From Octopus vulgaris (taxonomy: Eukaryota): 64,000 nucleotides of DNA. The position numbers and the translations under genes were made by a program. Positions 13,205-26,448 of this stretch are shown here, one piece after another; the first letter of the stretch is position 1, and every line of letters begins with the position of its first letter. The stretch spans positions 38,874,001 through 38,938,000 of the forward strand of contig OX597830.1 in NCBI GenBank assembly GCA_951406725.2. The letters run 5' to 3'. The notes beneath the pieces are model-generated. The model was not told the origin of the DNA. It made no database searches and saw only the letters and a program-made list of their open reading frames with translations.

Positions 13205-13980
13205 TTATATATATATATATATTTGTATATATATATATATATACATACATACATACATACATATATACATACATACGTACATAGATGCATACGTACATAC
13301 ATACATATATACGTACATACATACACATATAAACATACATGCACGCATACTTCAAATGAAGAGATTCAATTATTGCTGTCTTTCGTACATATACAAAATA
13401 TAATATCGACAGCGAAACGAAGCTTTTATAACTAGGAACATGAAATATTGGGCTCACTGTTGGAATCGACACAGGAGGTGTGCAAATCATTTTTTATGTT
13501 AACTTTATATTCCACTAATCTCTTGTTAATTTTGGCAATTCGTAAATATATCGAAATGTTTATAGAAAATATTGATTCATTTCCTTTCGGCTAGACGTAT
13601 TACTAGAATTTGTTTGATTCTAACTTCACAGAAGAACGAAGGCTAAGATGTAAAGTATTAGTAAAATGTACCAACAACACAGTAGACTGGAGTGACGTGT
13701 GATAGAGTCCGCATAACTCCCCATCCTTTCTATAAATTGAATTTTTACTTACAATCTTATGATTACGTGGCGAAGACCACAACCACAACCTCTAGGCTGT
13801 GCGTTCCTAAACTTTAATAATGTAATGTATTCAGCACACTATGTCACTTTTTCGAAAACTCAAGACCTGCAATGATGTTTCTCATTTTACATGGATTATT
13901 ACAGAAAAGAAAGCTGATGTTACATCGAAGAATATAACCAGAAATTGAGACATCGATCACGCAGGGCAAAATAGATAGGG

Positions 13981-14740
13981 TCATTTCGTCCGTCGTTACG
14001 TTCTGAGTTCAAATTCCACCGAGATCGACTTTACCTTTCATCATTTTGGGGTCGATGAAATAAGCAACAGTTGAGTACTGGGGACGATGTAATAGACTTA
14101 GCCCTCCCCTCAAAATTGCTGTGAAATGGTTCGTAAAGTTAGCCAGAAAGGATACTTGACAGAGGCTACATTGGAACCAAATCTAACTTCTCTAACATAT
14201 TATGTCGATTGTCAACGACTTCTTCCGTTCACCATCCGTCTTTTTATATGTTAATGTTTGGAGCTGAAAATAAAATATATATATCAAATGGTAAACCATC
14301 CTCATCATTATGATCTTCATCTCATATATTTTTTCAAAAACAAATAACATTGGCACGATTTTCAATGTCATTTCTCCGTCATTTCGTTCGTCTTTACGTT
14401 CTGAGTTCAAATTCCACCTGGATCGACCTTGCTTTTCGTCATTCTGGGATCGATGAACAACAGTTAGGTACTGGAGACGATGTAATAGACTTATCCCTTC
14501 CCTTAAAATTACTGTAAAATGGATCGTAAAATAAACCAGAATGAATACTAGACAGAGGCTATATTGGAACAAAATCTAAATAAACATATTCACTTAATCG
14601 TCAACCACTTCCTCAGGCCACCATCCGTTTTTGTATATTAATTTTTGAAGTTGAAAAAAAGTATATATCAAATGGTAAACCATCCTCATAATGATCTTCA
14701 TCTCCAATGTTTTTCCAAAACAACTTACATTGGCACGATT
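13981..14740 (+). repeat. Old tandem duplication (~380-400 bp unit) containing a SINE B fragment plus flank
   Basis: 13981-14360 aligns along its length with 14379-14740, e.g. tatcaaatggtaaaccatcctcat and acattggcacgatt in both. Confidence 0.9.
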
Positions 14741-15092
14741 ATTGCCTCTCTCTATACATCCTTTTCCAAAGACTTAGAAGGTACATTACAATATAATTTA
14801 ACTGTTTAAAACTAAATAGATTGTTGATGAAATTGAAAATTTTCATATGTGTATTTATGTTTGCGAAGAATAGCATCTCATTTATTCTCAGTAATTACTC
14901 GTGAATGTTCTATCGGTTTTAATATTTGGTGGCAGTTAGTGAGCTTCATGTTTACTACTCAAATTAAGACTTCATTTAAAATCGATAGCTATTAAGTGTG
15001 TTTGTCAAACCTTTTCAAAGATTGTATTCTCTGTAAACAGAATTATTAGAGAGTAGTAACTGAATCTACCTCCTCAACTTTTACAGTGTGCG

Positions 15093-15159
<67 letters not shown>

Positions 15160-15180
15160 ATAAGTATTCGCGTATAAACG

Positions 15181-15212
<32 letters not shown>

Positions 15213-15246
15213 CTCCCATATATACATATACATATATATTTGTACG

Positions 15247-15282
<36 letters not shown>

Positions 15283-15288
15283 AATACT

Positions 15289-15320
<32 letters not shown>

Positions 15321-15720
15321 TTCACACCCACGCCCACACAAACACATATGTATATTGATACTGATATTTTATGTTCAATATAGTGAGAATGATATCAAAA
15401 CATTAAACTTATACCATGTTTGAATACATTACTTAAGTAATGGCACAAAAGCAATTCTCTATTGCTTACAGATCAACCGACATATGGTATTCAGGCACAT
15501 TTTATATAACTTAATAGTTGAACATAACGAATTTGCGTTACGTTTCTATTAAATTTAAAATATTTATATACTTGGTTATTTACTTACAGGATGTAATATC
15601 TCTCGCCCACTTTTATTTTTATTATGAAGAGCAAAGTTTTGCACAGAAAATCTAGAAATTAATAAGTTTTACCCAAACATATACAGTGAAATGCCTATCA
15701 ACAACATACATATGTAGGTG

Positions 15721-15960
15721 TACTCCGTCGGTTACGATAACGAGGGTCACAGTTGATACGATCAACAGAACAGCTTTCTCGTGAAATTAGCGTGAAGGTG
15801 TCTGAGCACTCCACAGCCACGTGCACCTTTAACGTGGCTCAGTTCTCAGAGAGCAACGTAAAACAAAGTGCCTTGCTCAAAGACACAAAGTGTCGCCGGG
15901 AATTGAACTCAGGAGCTTACGATCGTGAGCAGAATGCCCTAATCACTAAGCCACGCGCCT
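15721..15960 (-). mobile_element. tRNA-derived SINE family C, internally deleted
   Basis: Reverse complement has head ggcgcgtggcttagtgattagggcattc and tail tcgtaaccgacggagt as in 51379-51695. Confidence 0.85.
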
Positions 15961-16041
15961 TTACACACACACTAACACCCACACGCACACACTTATATAT
16001 GCATATATAATATTATTTATATATATATATATATACATAAC

Positions 16042-16139
<98 letters not shown>

Positions 16140-16291
16140 ATAGGTATATAATATATGTATATTTAAGATATATATATATGCGTATACGTACATTATATTA
16201 TACATATATTATAGATAGACAAATAGACATACAGAAAGGTAGATAGACAGACAGACAGACAGACAGGTAGATAGACAGATAGATAGATTGG

Positions 16292-16355
<64 letters not shown>

Positions 16356-16851
16356 CAGATATACATACACGTATATGTGTGTCTGTACCTATGTATGCAT
16401 GTATGTATGTATAGTATTAGTCAAAGAACTGCAACCATACTGGAGCACCGCGTTGACGCGTTTAGTAAAACATATCTAGCCAAATACTATGTTTTTGTAT
16501 TGTGTTGCTTTTGTCTTTTGTCCGGTGCTTAATTATGAGTTCTTTTTTCCTGAAGGACGTAAGCAAGCTAAGGCCATCCATCAAATGATGCTGAAAGAAA
16601 TGCACAAACTCAAAGACATGCACGCATACGTATATACACACGCAATCATATATATGCGTAAGTGTAACTATATATTTATATATATCTATATATGGATAGA
16701 AATTGATATTAGTTAATTAAAACCAGTGGCTTAGCATATTTTTTAAAAATCCGAAGATTAAAAATTGCGTCACATACCATATTTTGAGGACTGACAACGA
16801 AGCATATAGGCTGTCCACTTTTAACGGTCAGTCCTCTAAAGTTTGAGTTTG

Positions 16852-16926
<75 letters not shown>

Positions 16927-17469
16927 GTATGTGTGTGTGTGTATATGTGTGTGTACAAATACATACATACATACATGCATACATACATACATACATACAT
17001 ACATACATACATACATACATACATACATACATACATACATACATACATGATTACATATGTTGTGTACCTATTTGTTTGTCTTAGCAATGACAACGAATAA
17101 TGCATGCTGATGCAGTGAATAAATAAATGTTTCGTAGGATTGTTCGAAGCCTATCATTTACTATGCCGATTACCTTATGCTTTGTGTTGCTAAGACCCAT
17201 CTCCACGCCAATGTGCATTGGATTTGCAGCGAATTAGATGTGTAAATATGTGCGTTTACCCTCAGTTGTTCCGTTACTGTATGAAAAGCTACGAACATTT
17301 ATGCGATCTTTTGACACTGGGAAACGTGTGTCCCTTATCGAATTTATTAATTTCATTATATTGTTATTTTTTTTCTTTCTCTCTTGCTAGTGTGCTTGTT
17401 GACGTCTTTATACAGTTGCCTGTCACTAATGCTCTTTTCTAAAACATCGTTAATGTTGCAACATGATGA

Positions 17470-18020
17470 CTTCGCTCTGAATGTATAGGCAGAAATTTTC
17501 CTAGCTCCACAAAAGGCCCATGGAACAAACTACATGACGATCTCTTCCTATGATTTCTGCGCTGTGAAGACTAAGCAATCCCCATACCGTGCTGGCGCTG
17601 TATGTTTCTTTTTATTTTGTGTTTTAGATTTTTACTGCTCTTCGCTGTAGGACTTTTTTCTATGGTGACTCTGTAAGAGCTGAGCGCTTTGTCATGGACA
17701 ATCAATTTTAACGGTTTTAACGGTTTATTCCCCGAGCACACAACAGGATATACGTTTGGAGTTTGACAAGGACATATACGCCAATAGTGACGAACAAATC
17801 CGATTACGTTACCAAGAATCTCGTCACCTAAAGCTAACTGATGATGCTGCGCTACAGAGAAGATCAGGAACATATGTTCAAGATAGTAACTAATTATCTA
17901 GTTAGTTGGCAGTCACGTTTATTCAGTCCAAAGAGTGTAGCATTTTGTTATGGACAGAATATTGAGGATCTAGTGCATGTGGCACCGCGTGCTCGTTCAC
18001 CCACAATGAGAAACATCTCT
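17470..18020 (+). mobile_element. Highly decayed RTE-like LINE RT fragment
   Basis: Short motif remnants in RTE order (DLLFADD-like, KLT..K-like, RILRI*); many disruptions. Confidence 0.35.
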
Positions 18021-18645
18021 TGAAGTATCAGCGAATTTGTGACCTTCCACACACTCCGTATTTTATCGTCGTTTCTCATATAAGGAAGATATGCTTTTTT
18101 TCGTCAAAAATTTTCCTTCTTCGCTGTTCGTCTGTTGCTAGTTGTATTTCTAAAATTATGAGAGTCCAACTCCCCATAAATCTCTAGCTTTGTCATTATT
18201 TTCCAAGCCTCGTATATATACTCATGTGGGAGTATTCACATCATTGCAGTTATTATCGTCAAACCTATATTATAGGCAGCTCTCCATTCAAACGTTACTT
18301 TTTTCTTTCGAAGGTGAACATATTTTACTGCAGAATTTTTTCGGTGAAACCAACGCAAATTTCATCAAAAACAAATAAACACGTTACTGTTAACGCGGAA
18401 GCCTAATGAAAAGAAAATAGAATTGGAAGAAAACACTATGAAAATTCGACCAATATATGATCTCAACTATTTCAGCTTTTTTCGTTTTTTCTTTGCGATT
18501 TTTGAAAGTGATATTGTGAATATAGATTTAGAGCCTTTTATTCTTCCAAACAAACAGCAACAGACTGATATGAACATACGAGAGACTGGCTCTTAGTCAG
18601 GTCTTTTAATGAAGCACAGGCAAACACAGACATAGCACACGAATT

Positions 18646-19186
18646 TATTGGGTTGGCAAGAAAGTAATTTCAGTTTTATAGTGTGAAATAATAGTAATTT
18701 TTTTCTTATACAAAGAATGAACTTTAATCAATCCTATATTTTCCATTGTGTTTGATAACTTTTTTGCCATCTTTCTGGCAAATTTACGATTCCGTGCTCA
18801 TAGAAATTCTGGTCCTTATCACCCAAAACCTGAAGCAAGTGCGATATCATGTTATCAAAATTATTGAAAGTTTTACCATTCAAAGAATTTTACGTTGTGT
18901 TAAGCAATCAACACCATAAACTTCACATGTAAGCCTCAGCAGCTTTCTTGCTTTACGGAAATAAAAAAGAAAAATATGGCGAACATGTTCGTTGTTGCAT
19001 TCCATGTTACAATTGGCACTGAACTAACAGCTGTAAGTAAAATTACGCGCAATTTGCTTCTAAAGTAAGCTAAAAGTAACGATTGTCACACATCAAAAGG
19101 AAAAAAGCATAAAATTGACAGAAGTCATTCAAAAAAATTTTAACTCTATTTGCAAAAAACGAAATTACTTTCATGCCAACACACTA
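18646..19186 (-). mobile_element. Internally deleted mariner (~540 bp)
   Basis: TIRs tattgggttggcaagaaagtaatttc / gaaattactttcatgccaacacacta; minus strand has MECNNEHVRHIF joined to NSLNGKTF...FYEHGIVNLPERWQKVIKHNGKY. Confidence 0.92.
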
Positions 19187-19225
19187 TACCTATAGTTGTA
19201 TCAGTATCTATCTATCTATGTATCA

Positions 19226-19279
<54 letters not shown>

Positions 19280-19331
19280 GAAATATGTTACAAAATGAAA
19301 ATAGAAACTACACGTGGTAATGTAAGGAGAA

Positions 19332-19719
19332 AGTAAGAAAAATAAACAAAAAATGCACGTTGGAAGTCATAAAAATTAAAGGCTTTTTATGAAAAGCAAC
19401 GAAAGATATATACAATTAGATGAACTGAGGTAGGAAAAAAGTAATAAAAGTCATTATTGTGAACTGTTAAAGAGATTCAAGCATACCGGTTTCTTAAGTT
19501 ACTAATCATTGCTTTGAATACAACTATTCGTTGCTTTGAACGAATAGTTGTATTCAAAGCAATGATTAATAACTTACGAAACCGGTATGCTTGAATCTCT
19601 TTAACAATTCACAATAATGACTTTTATTACTTTTATTCCTACCTCAGTTCATCTAATTGTATATATCTTTCGTTACTTTTCATGATTTCCAATGTGCATT
19701 TTCGTTCATTCTTCTTACT
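19332..19719. repeat. Near-perfect foldback (arms ~180-200 bp, 6-nt spacer) carrying hammerhead-like motifs
   Basis: 19332-19532 is the reverse complement of 19539-19719 with scattered mismatches and one ~20-bp indel. Confidence 0.95.
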
Positions 19720-19724
19720 CCACC

Positions 19725-19790
<66 letters not shown>

Positions 19791-19799
<9 letters not shown>

Positions 19800-20108
19800 T
19801 AAATTAGAGATAAAACCACTACTAGGCAAATCAATACATAGAAATAAAATTAATTAAAAAATATATAAAAAATATAAAATATAAAAATCCAATTAAAATA
19901 TTTTAAGTTAAAATTTTAAAAAGTTATTCAAATTAATACTTTTTTTTAATTTAAACTTTAATTTAAATATTTTAATTGGATTTTTATATTTTATATTTTA
20001 TATTTTTTATATATTTTTTTATTAATTTTATTTCTATGTATTGGCTTATGATTTTCACTCTTTGATTTGCTTAGTAGTGGTTTTATCTCTAATTTAATAT
20101 AATATATA
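19791..20108. repeat. AT-rich foldback (arms ~130-160 bp)
   Basis: attaaattagagataaaaccactact...tacatagaaataaaattaat mirrored by attaattttatttctatgta...agtagtggttttatctctaatttaat. Confidence 0.9.
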
Positions 20109-20196
20109 TTTATACTATAAAATTAAATTTAATCCTAAATCTAATGTTTCCCTGTAAGTTTGGATTTACTCCTAATATTATTATTATTATATATAT

Positions 20197-20247
<51 letters not shown>

Positions 20248-20422
20248 GTGTGTGCGTATAAATGTAAACAAACAAATAGCTGATCATTAATTAGAAGTTT
20301 TGGAAATGAGTGTTGTAAGATACAAATAAGAAGATAATTTTCTTTCAAAGGCAGATTTGCCGTTGCAGCAATAGAAATAACGGGTAAATTGAGCTTACAA
20401 GGCAGAAAAAAATTGTCAACAA

Positions 20423-20493
20423 GCAGCCCTAGAACTCGAAGCCTTATCCTCAACGGCTCCGGCTGAGTGCTTTGCTATTATGTTAAACTGCCC
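20423..20493 (-). mobile_element. Degenerate tRNA-like head (SINE relic or tRNA pseudogene)
   Basis: Minus strand folds with ggcagt/gctgct acceptor-like stem, ctcagc/gttgag arm and ttcgag T-loop-like motif; A and B boxes mutated. Confidence 0.45.
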
Positions 20494-20679
20494 GCAACAA
20501 ATTGACCGCCAAATTTAAATGCAAAATACTTTAGCATTAAGGAGCAAACATGTGTATAAGTCTACGCAAATAATATCTTTTGAGATGTCTGTGTTTCAGC
20601 AATGATACACATTACATATTGTAAGCTCTATAAGAGGGTTGTTGACTATATTTTAAAGAGTTGTCTCCCTTACGTAGCC

Positions 20680-20714
20680 CCCATCGATGGAAGCTTGAAA
20701 CATCGATGTCTGGG
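20680..20714 (+). ncRNA. Minimal hammerhead-like motif with altered first core
   Basis: ccca-TCGATGG-aagctt-GAAA-catcgatg-TC-tggg: stem I ccca/tggg, palindromic stems II and III, GUC triplet. Confidence 0.5.
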
Positions 20715-20888
20715 AATCCAGATAGATGGTGACGCTGAATACATAGGATACTTTCACACATTCTTACCATAAAGTAAATATTTTCTGTAGAGTATGTGCT
20801 TTGAATTAGCCTTTTAGCAGTTGAAATATGTCACAAACACGTTAACTATCCTACTCTTTGCTTATATATACATGCATATGGATATATG

Positions 20889-20928
<40 letters not shown>

Positions 20929-20957
20929 TATAGATAGATAGATAGATATATAGATAT

Positions 20958-21042
<85 letters not shown>

Positions 21043-21462
21043 CATATATACCTACATATATGTATGTATATATATATATATAACAGTAGGGAATATAATT
21101 CCAAAACTTACAGAAAAAAATTCAATTTAACAATTTTAAATCAAATTTCGCAATACATGATATAAGTATATAATTTAGAGAAAAACCACTATTAAACAAT
21201 TCAATAAAGAAAGATGTTATTCATACCATATAGAAAATACATACTTTAAAAGATACCCTTATTTTAAATCAATAAAGTACAATAAATAACATACATGTAA
21301 TTTATTGATTTAAAATAAGCTTTTTTTATAACATCTTGAACAAATTGAAATTACCCATGTGCGTGTCATTGACCTCTCTCACTCTCTCAATAACGCTCCA
21401 CATGTTATTACAATGGATTGTTATCTGGGAATGGATTGTTTAATCGTGGTTTTTCTCTAAAT

Positions 21463-21538
<76 letters not shown>

Positions 21539-21541
<3 letters not shown>

Positions 21542-21810
21542 GGTGCGTAAGATATTTGAGGAACTATTTATGTTTATATAAAAACATATATAATAATAGA
21601 TAATACCTTTATTCAAAAAAATACTATGAGTATAAAAATAAACCTTTTTTATAATGTTATTCAATAAAGTCATTTTCAGCTTCAACAACTGCTTCTATAT
21701 GAGATCTAAATTATTTACATACTTGAATCAAGTGGCCACGGTTCACGTTGGACATTTCTTTGACTATAGCAGCATTCACAGAATCTTTGGTGTTATGTGC
21801 GTGTTCATTG

Positions 21811-21846
<36 letters not shown>

Positions 21847-22766
21847 AACGCTCCACATGTTATTACAATGGATTGTTATCTGGGAAACTAGGAGACCAAA
21901 TGTTTGGAGCTATGTGACCATGAATATTTTCAGCCATCCGTTCCTGTGTTCCTAGAGCCATGTGTGATAGTGACATATTGAAACAGATATAACCTTCCAG
22001 GGTTTAAGAATTATTTCTAGAACATCAATGTAGGCGGAAGAGTTTCCTTGTGAAAAAAAAATTAAGGAGGCATCACATGTCCTTCATTGCTGACAACCCC
22101 TAAAACCATGACAGTTGCAGGAAATTCTGTATGCATAACACTTCAGAAGTGTGTGCACATAACCATCTGTCAGTTCTTGTTAATTTTTTGATTTTGGTCG
22201 ACGTTTTTCTCATTTGGGAAAAAACCAAATCAAAATCTTTTTCTGCTAGATTTTTCAGTTTAAGAACCTTCGAGATCTGATGAAGTGATTTTATTTTATT
22301 GCTTTTTCAGACAAATTGACCTTACCACATCATATAAGGGTGATGTCTTCGTGGACAATATTTCTGACGGCTCCTTCTGATATATACAGATCTTTTGCAA
22401 TTGAATTCATGGATTTTCTTGGATTGTAATCAATGGTCTGTTAAACTTGCTGAATATATTCAGGTGTTCTGACGATTTCAATGCGTTTAGAATGTTTTTC
22501 TGCCTTCATACTGGTGATACGTTTCCATCTGCAGTCTCTAAGCCTTACAAACTTTGTAGACGAAAAATCTGGGAATTTTTTAAACTCGAGATATTTCTAA
22601 ATCACTATGCTCAGCATTTATAACCACAATAACAGCATACCTATACATTTCTTGAGTAAGCTGAGATTCTGCCATTATTATTTCTCAAAAAAAGATTATA
22701 CAGTATTAGTAAAAAATACAGCAATGACCCCAAAAATGTATGTCCTTAAATAATTTACGCACCATG
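21539..22766 (-). mobile_element. Decayed Tc1/mariner-superfamily transposon, DD37D (maT)-like
   Basis: TIRs ta-catggtgcgtaagatatttgagga / tccttaaataatttacgcaccatg-ta; minus strand VMHTEFPATVMVLGVVSNEGHVMPP and WSPSFPDNNPL (WPPSSPDLNPLD-like). Confidence 0.9.
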
Positions 22767-22770
22767 TATA

Positions 22771-23025
22771 TATTGGGTTGGTGCATAATTATTTTGGCTT
22801 TTTCCAGCAAATTTTATTCAACGAAAAACACTAACAATATTCAGCAAAAACATCTTTAAATGACGGTCTGACAGTCTGCCAAGCAAAATGGGAAGTAGAA
22901 ATTGAAGCGGAATTTGAATATGTTCCGGAATAATCATTTACAGATGATTTTGTTACATGTTGTTCTTGTTTTTTTTTAAATAAAATTTGTTGAAAAATCC
23001 GCAATAATTATGCACCAACCCAATA
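22771..23025. mobile_element. Mariner-type MITE (~255 bp)
   Basis: TIRs tattgggttggtgcataattatt / aataattatgcaccaacccaata, no coding capacity. Confidence 0.92.
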
Positions 23026-23687
23026 ATGTATATATAAATGTGAGTGTGTGTGTGTGTGTGTACAGGGATCTGTTTTCTCGATAAATTTGAAATTACCCAT
23101 AATTTGAAAATGCCCATAATATATCGAACCATAAGAACAATGATTTTTTTTTAAAATTTACTTTTCTGAAGTTTTTTTTTTTTTTTGCTGAATAAACATA
23201 TGTACATAAGTATGCACATTTAGAATTTTTTGGCTGTTCTATAAGTCAATAATAGTTTGTCTAATTGTTGGTTAGCACGCCTTGTTTATCGGTTATTGCA
23301 AGTCATTTAGATAATATGTGAGTACTTATATATCGAAATGTCTAATCATTTAGTATAACTTCAAAAGAAATAATTGCAATTCTACTAAGAAATACTTTTA
23401 ATTTCTTTTTAACTGCCACTCCACTGCACACGAAATATATTTCTACAATCTATAATTTCACTTTGAAATTTGATCTAATTAACGAAATCTGCACTAAAAT
23501 CGAAATTTATTTCAAATCTAAGAATATGTTTCAGTAATCAAAATTGTTGCTTGAGGCAGAACAAATACTGTTCAAATAATTTATAGATTATCAAGGCAAG
23601 AAGATCACGGAGAGTGTCACAAGAATATTTCGAATGCTCTCATTAAAACACCCACACAATCACACACACACACACACACTTACGCAC

Positions 23688-23759
<72 letters not shown>

Positions 23760-24271
23760 GCATCTACTTACCATTTTCGTTTCATTATATTAGTGAGCGA
23801 TTATATTCATAAATGTATGCATATTTATATATATATATATATATATAGCGTAAGTACTAATTATCATTTTGTTGAATTATACATATGTGTTTATGTATGT
23901 GCGTGTGTGTATATGTGTGTAAGTGTGTTTTTATGTATGTGTGTTAAACGGTATTAATGAGATATCAAACAGATGTCGCAACCGCCGCAAGTATAGACAG
24001 ATTTAAGCAACTTGAATATGTATAAAATATTCGTTACTGGATTGGTTTCGATCCCTTGTTAATATATCATTAGTGTACAATTTATGTACATGTCAACACT
24101 GCTGACAGATGCACCATATTAGGTACTTTAGAGAATCGGATTGGCAAAGTTTTATATACAATGCATTCTCGATAACTAGTTCATTTTATTATGGAGTGTT
24201 ACTAGTGTTTTAATACCACAACATATCTGGACCGCACTCATTATATTGTAACATTAAAATGATGGACAGAA

Positions 24272-24584
24272 AGCGCGTGGCGTAGTGTTTAGGGCATTCG
24301 GCTCACGATAGTAAGGTCGGGAATTCCCGGCGACGCGTTGTGTCTTTGAGCAAGACACTTTTTCTCACGTTGCTCCAGTCCACTGAGCTGACAAAAACGA
24401 GTAGTACCTGTATTTGAAAGGGCCAGCCGTGTCACATTCTGAGTGACGCTGAATGTCCCTGAGAACTACGTTAAGGGAACACGTATATGTGTAGTGCTAA
24501 GGCACTTGCACGTTAACTTCACGAGCAAGTTGTTTCGCTGATCGTATCAGCTGGAACCGTCGACGTCGTAACCGACGGAGTGCT
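24272..24584 (+). mobile_element. tRNA-derived SINE family C
   Basis: Colinear with 51379-51695 from gcgcgtggc head to cgtaaccgacggagtg tail. Confidence 0.9.
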
Positions 24585-25545
24585 CCTCTAATTAATAAAT
24601 CAGATCTAGTTAAATTCTTAAGAATATGGATTATATAAGCAGTGATTCAGTAGATATTTGAAGATACAGTACAATCGATAATATAATCTTATACGTAGCT
24701 TTCAGTTAGTCAGTTTGCACTCTGCACGTATCCATCGGAGCATACTGCGTATAAAGGCAACTTATTTTGAAACATTTAAACGCAGTTTGGATTAAAGATT
24801 TATATATGTGTGTAGGTTTATGTGTATGTTTGTGTGTTTATGTGTATACATACACACACAGATACATACCATCGTGCAGTATAGCGTTTATCTATATTTA
24901 TGCACATATATACATACATACATGCATAATAAAATAAACTGTCCCCTTTAATAGGAGTTGTGACTTAGCATCCAATTGCATTGTGAACACTCATTGAAGA
25001 CTAAACGGCCGTAAGTGACAAATATTATAAGATGCATATTGTGTGTATCATACTTTTTCGTACACACACACTCATAAAAATAGGCACGCACACAAACACC
25101 CACCTACACACGTGTGTGTATGTGTGTGTGTGTGTGTGTGCATCGTTGAATTACGTTAGTGTGGATATAATGGAATTCAGAATTTACACTCTTTGAACGT
25201 CAGAGTTCTGTGAGCCAAAGCAGAAAGGAAAAAGCAGAATTCTCATATTGAATCATTTGATACACCAGATAGTTACCGAAGGCATTCTGCATATGGTATG
25301 CTTAATATTCCTGCAAACAAATAATTTGTGAAATTCTGTGATATCAACTGGTGCATTTCTCACTACCAGTCATCAAACGTTAATAACAAGAAGAATAGAA
25401 AAAATATAATATTCACATTAACTGTTCGGATAGTGTAGAGCACAATATAATGATATAGTGAATTCTAACGTAATGTAAACTGCGTAGTAACAGAAAGGTA
25501 TACATGTGCTTTCAAGTGCAGATATGTGAGTGTAATTTACCATAT

Positions 25546-25711
25546 GCATGGGCGTGTGGTAAGAAGTTTGTTTCCCAACGATTAGTATCCCAACTACATG
25601 GTTCAATCCCGTTGTGTGGCATGTTGGGGAAGTTTCTCCGTCGAGAGTCCCGGGCCGACCAAAGACGTATCAGTGGATCTGGTAGAAGGAAACTGAAAGA
25701 AGCATTTCGTA
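25546..25711 (+). mobile_element. SINE family A, 5' half ending in (TG)n
   Basis: gtgtggtaagaag...cgggccgaccaaag...ggtagaaggaaactgaaagaagc matches 4928-5085. Confidence 0.85.
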
Positions 25712-25721
25712 TATGTGTGTG

Positions 25722-25773
<52 letters not shown>

Positions 25774-25876
25774 TGTGTGTGTGTGTAGAAGGTAGAAAAG
25801 TAACACACGAGTTGATACGTATAAGGAAAATAAAACAAGGTAGAAAATGCTAAAATAATATTATCATGAGTACATT

Positions 25877-25913
25877 TTAATACCGGTTTCCTCCTTTTAG
25901 ACTTTTCAACTAA
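25877..25913 (-). ncRNA. Hammerhead-like motif with U3/A8 core variant
   Basis: Minus strand: ttag-TTGAAAA-gtct aaa aggag-GAAA-ccgg-TA-ttaa; palindromic stem III ccgg; first pair of stem II mismatched. Confidence 0.5.
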
Positions 25914-26248
25914 GAGTAAAATAAGAAAAAGAATTAAACTGGAAAATAATTTGACATAATTTGTAAATATTTTCATAGTTTTTGAATAGGCAAATATTTC
26001 CATAGTTTTCAGACAGTTTCTCTCTCTCTCTTTCTTTCTTTCTTTCTCTCTCTTTCTCTCTCTTTCTCTCTCTCTCTCTCTTTATTTCTTTGTGAATGCC
26101 TGATAGGTATGTATGTATGTATGTATGTATGTAGGTAGGTAGGTAGGTAGGTAGGTAGGTAAGTATGTAGGTAGGTAGGTAGTAATTAATTTGAACGAAT
26201 AGTTTGGGTACAGACAATTGATGGTTTAAGCAAGAGCCGCCCATATTC

Positions 26249-26420
26249 ATTTATTCTTGTTTCAGTCATTTGACAGCGGTCATGCTGGAACACCGCATTT
26301 AGTCGAACATATCAACCCCAGGACTTGTTCTTTGTAAGCCTAGTACATATCCCATCGGATTCTTTTGCCGAACCACTAGTTACGGGGAGGTAAACACACC
26401 AACACCTGTTGTCAAGCGAT
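26249..26420 (-). mobile_element. SINE family A, 3' half
   Basis: cttgtttcagtcatttga...gttgtcaagcgat is the reverse complement of ~5140-5310. Confidence 0.85.
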
Positions 26421-26448
26421 ACTAGTAACATGTTCTTAGAACTCAATA

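Noticed and set aside
23950-24078. Two very degenerate hammerhead-like strings (ttaatga-gatatc/gatgtc-gcaac; minus-strand ctaatga...gaaac)
   Set aside because: Multiple core changes and no convincing stem I; cannot be told from chance.
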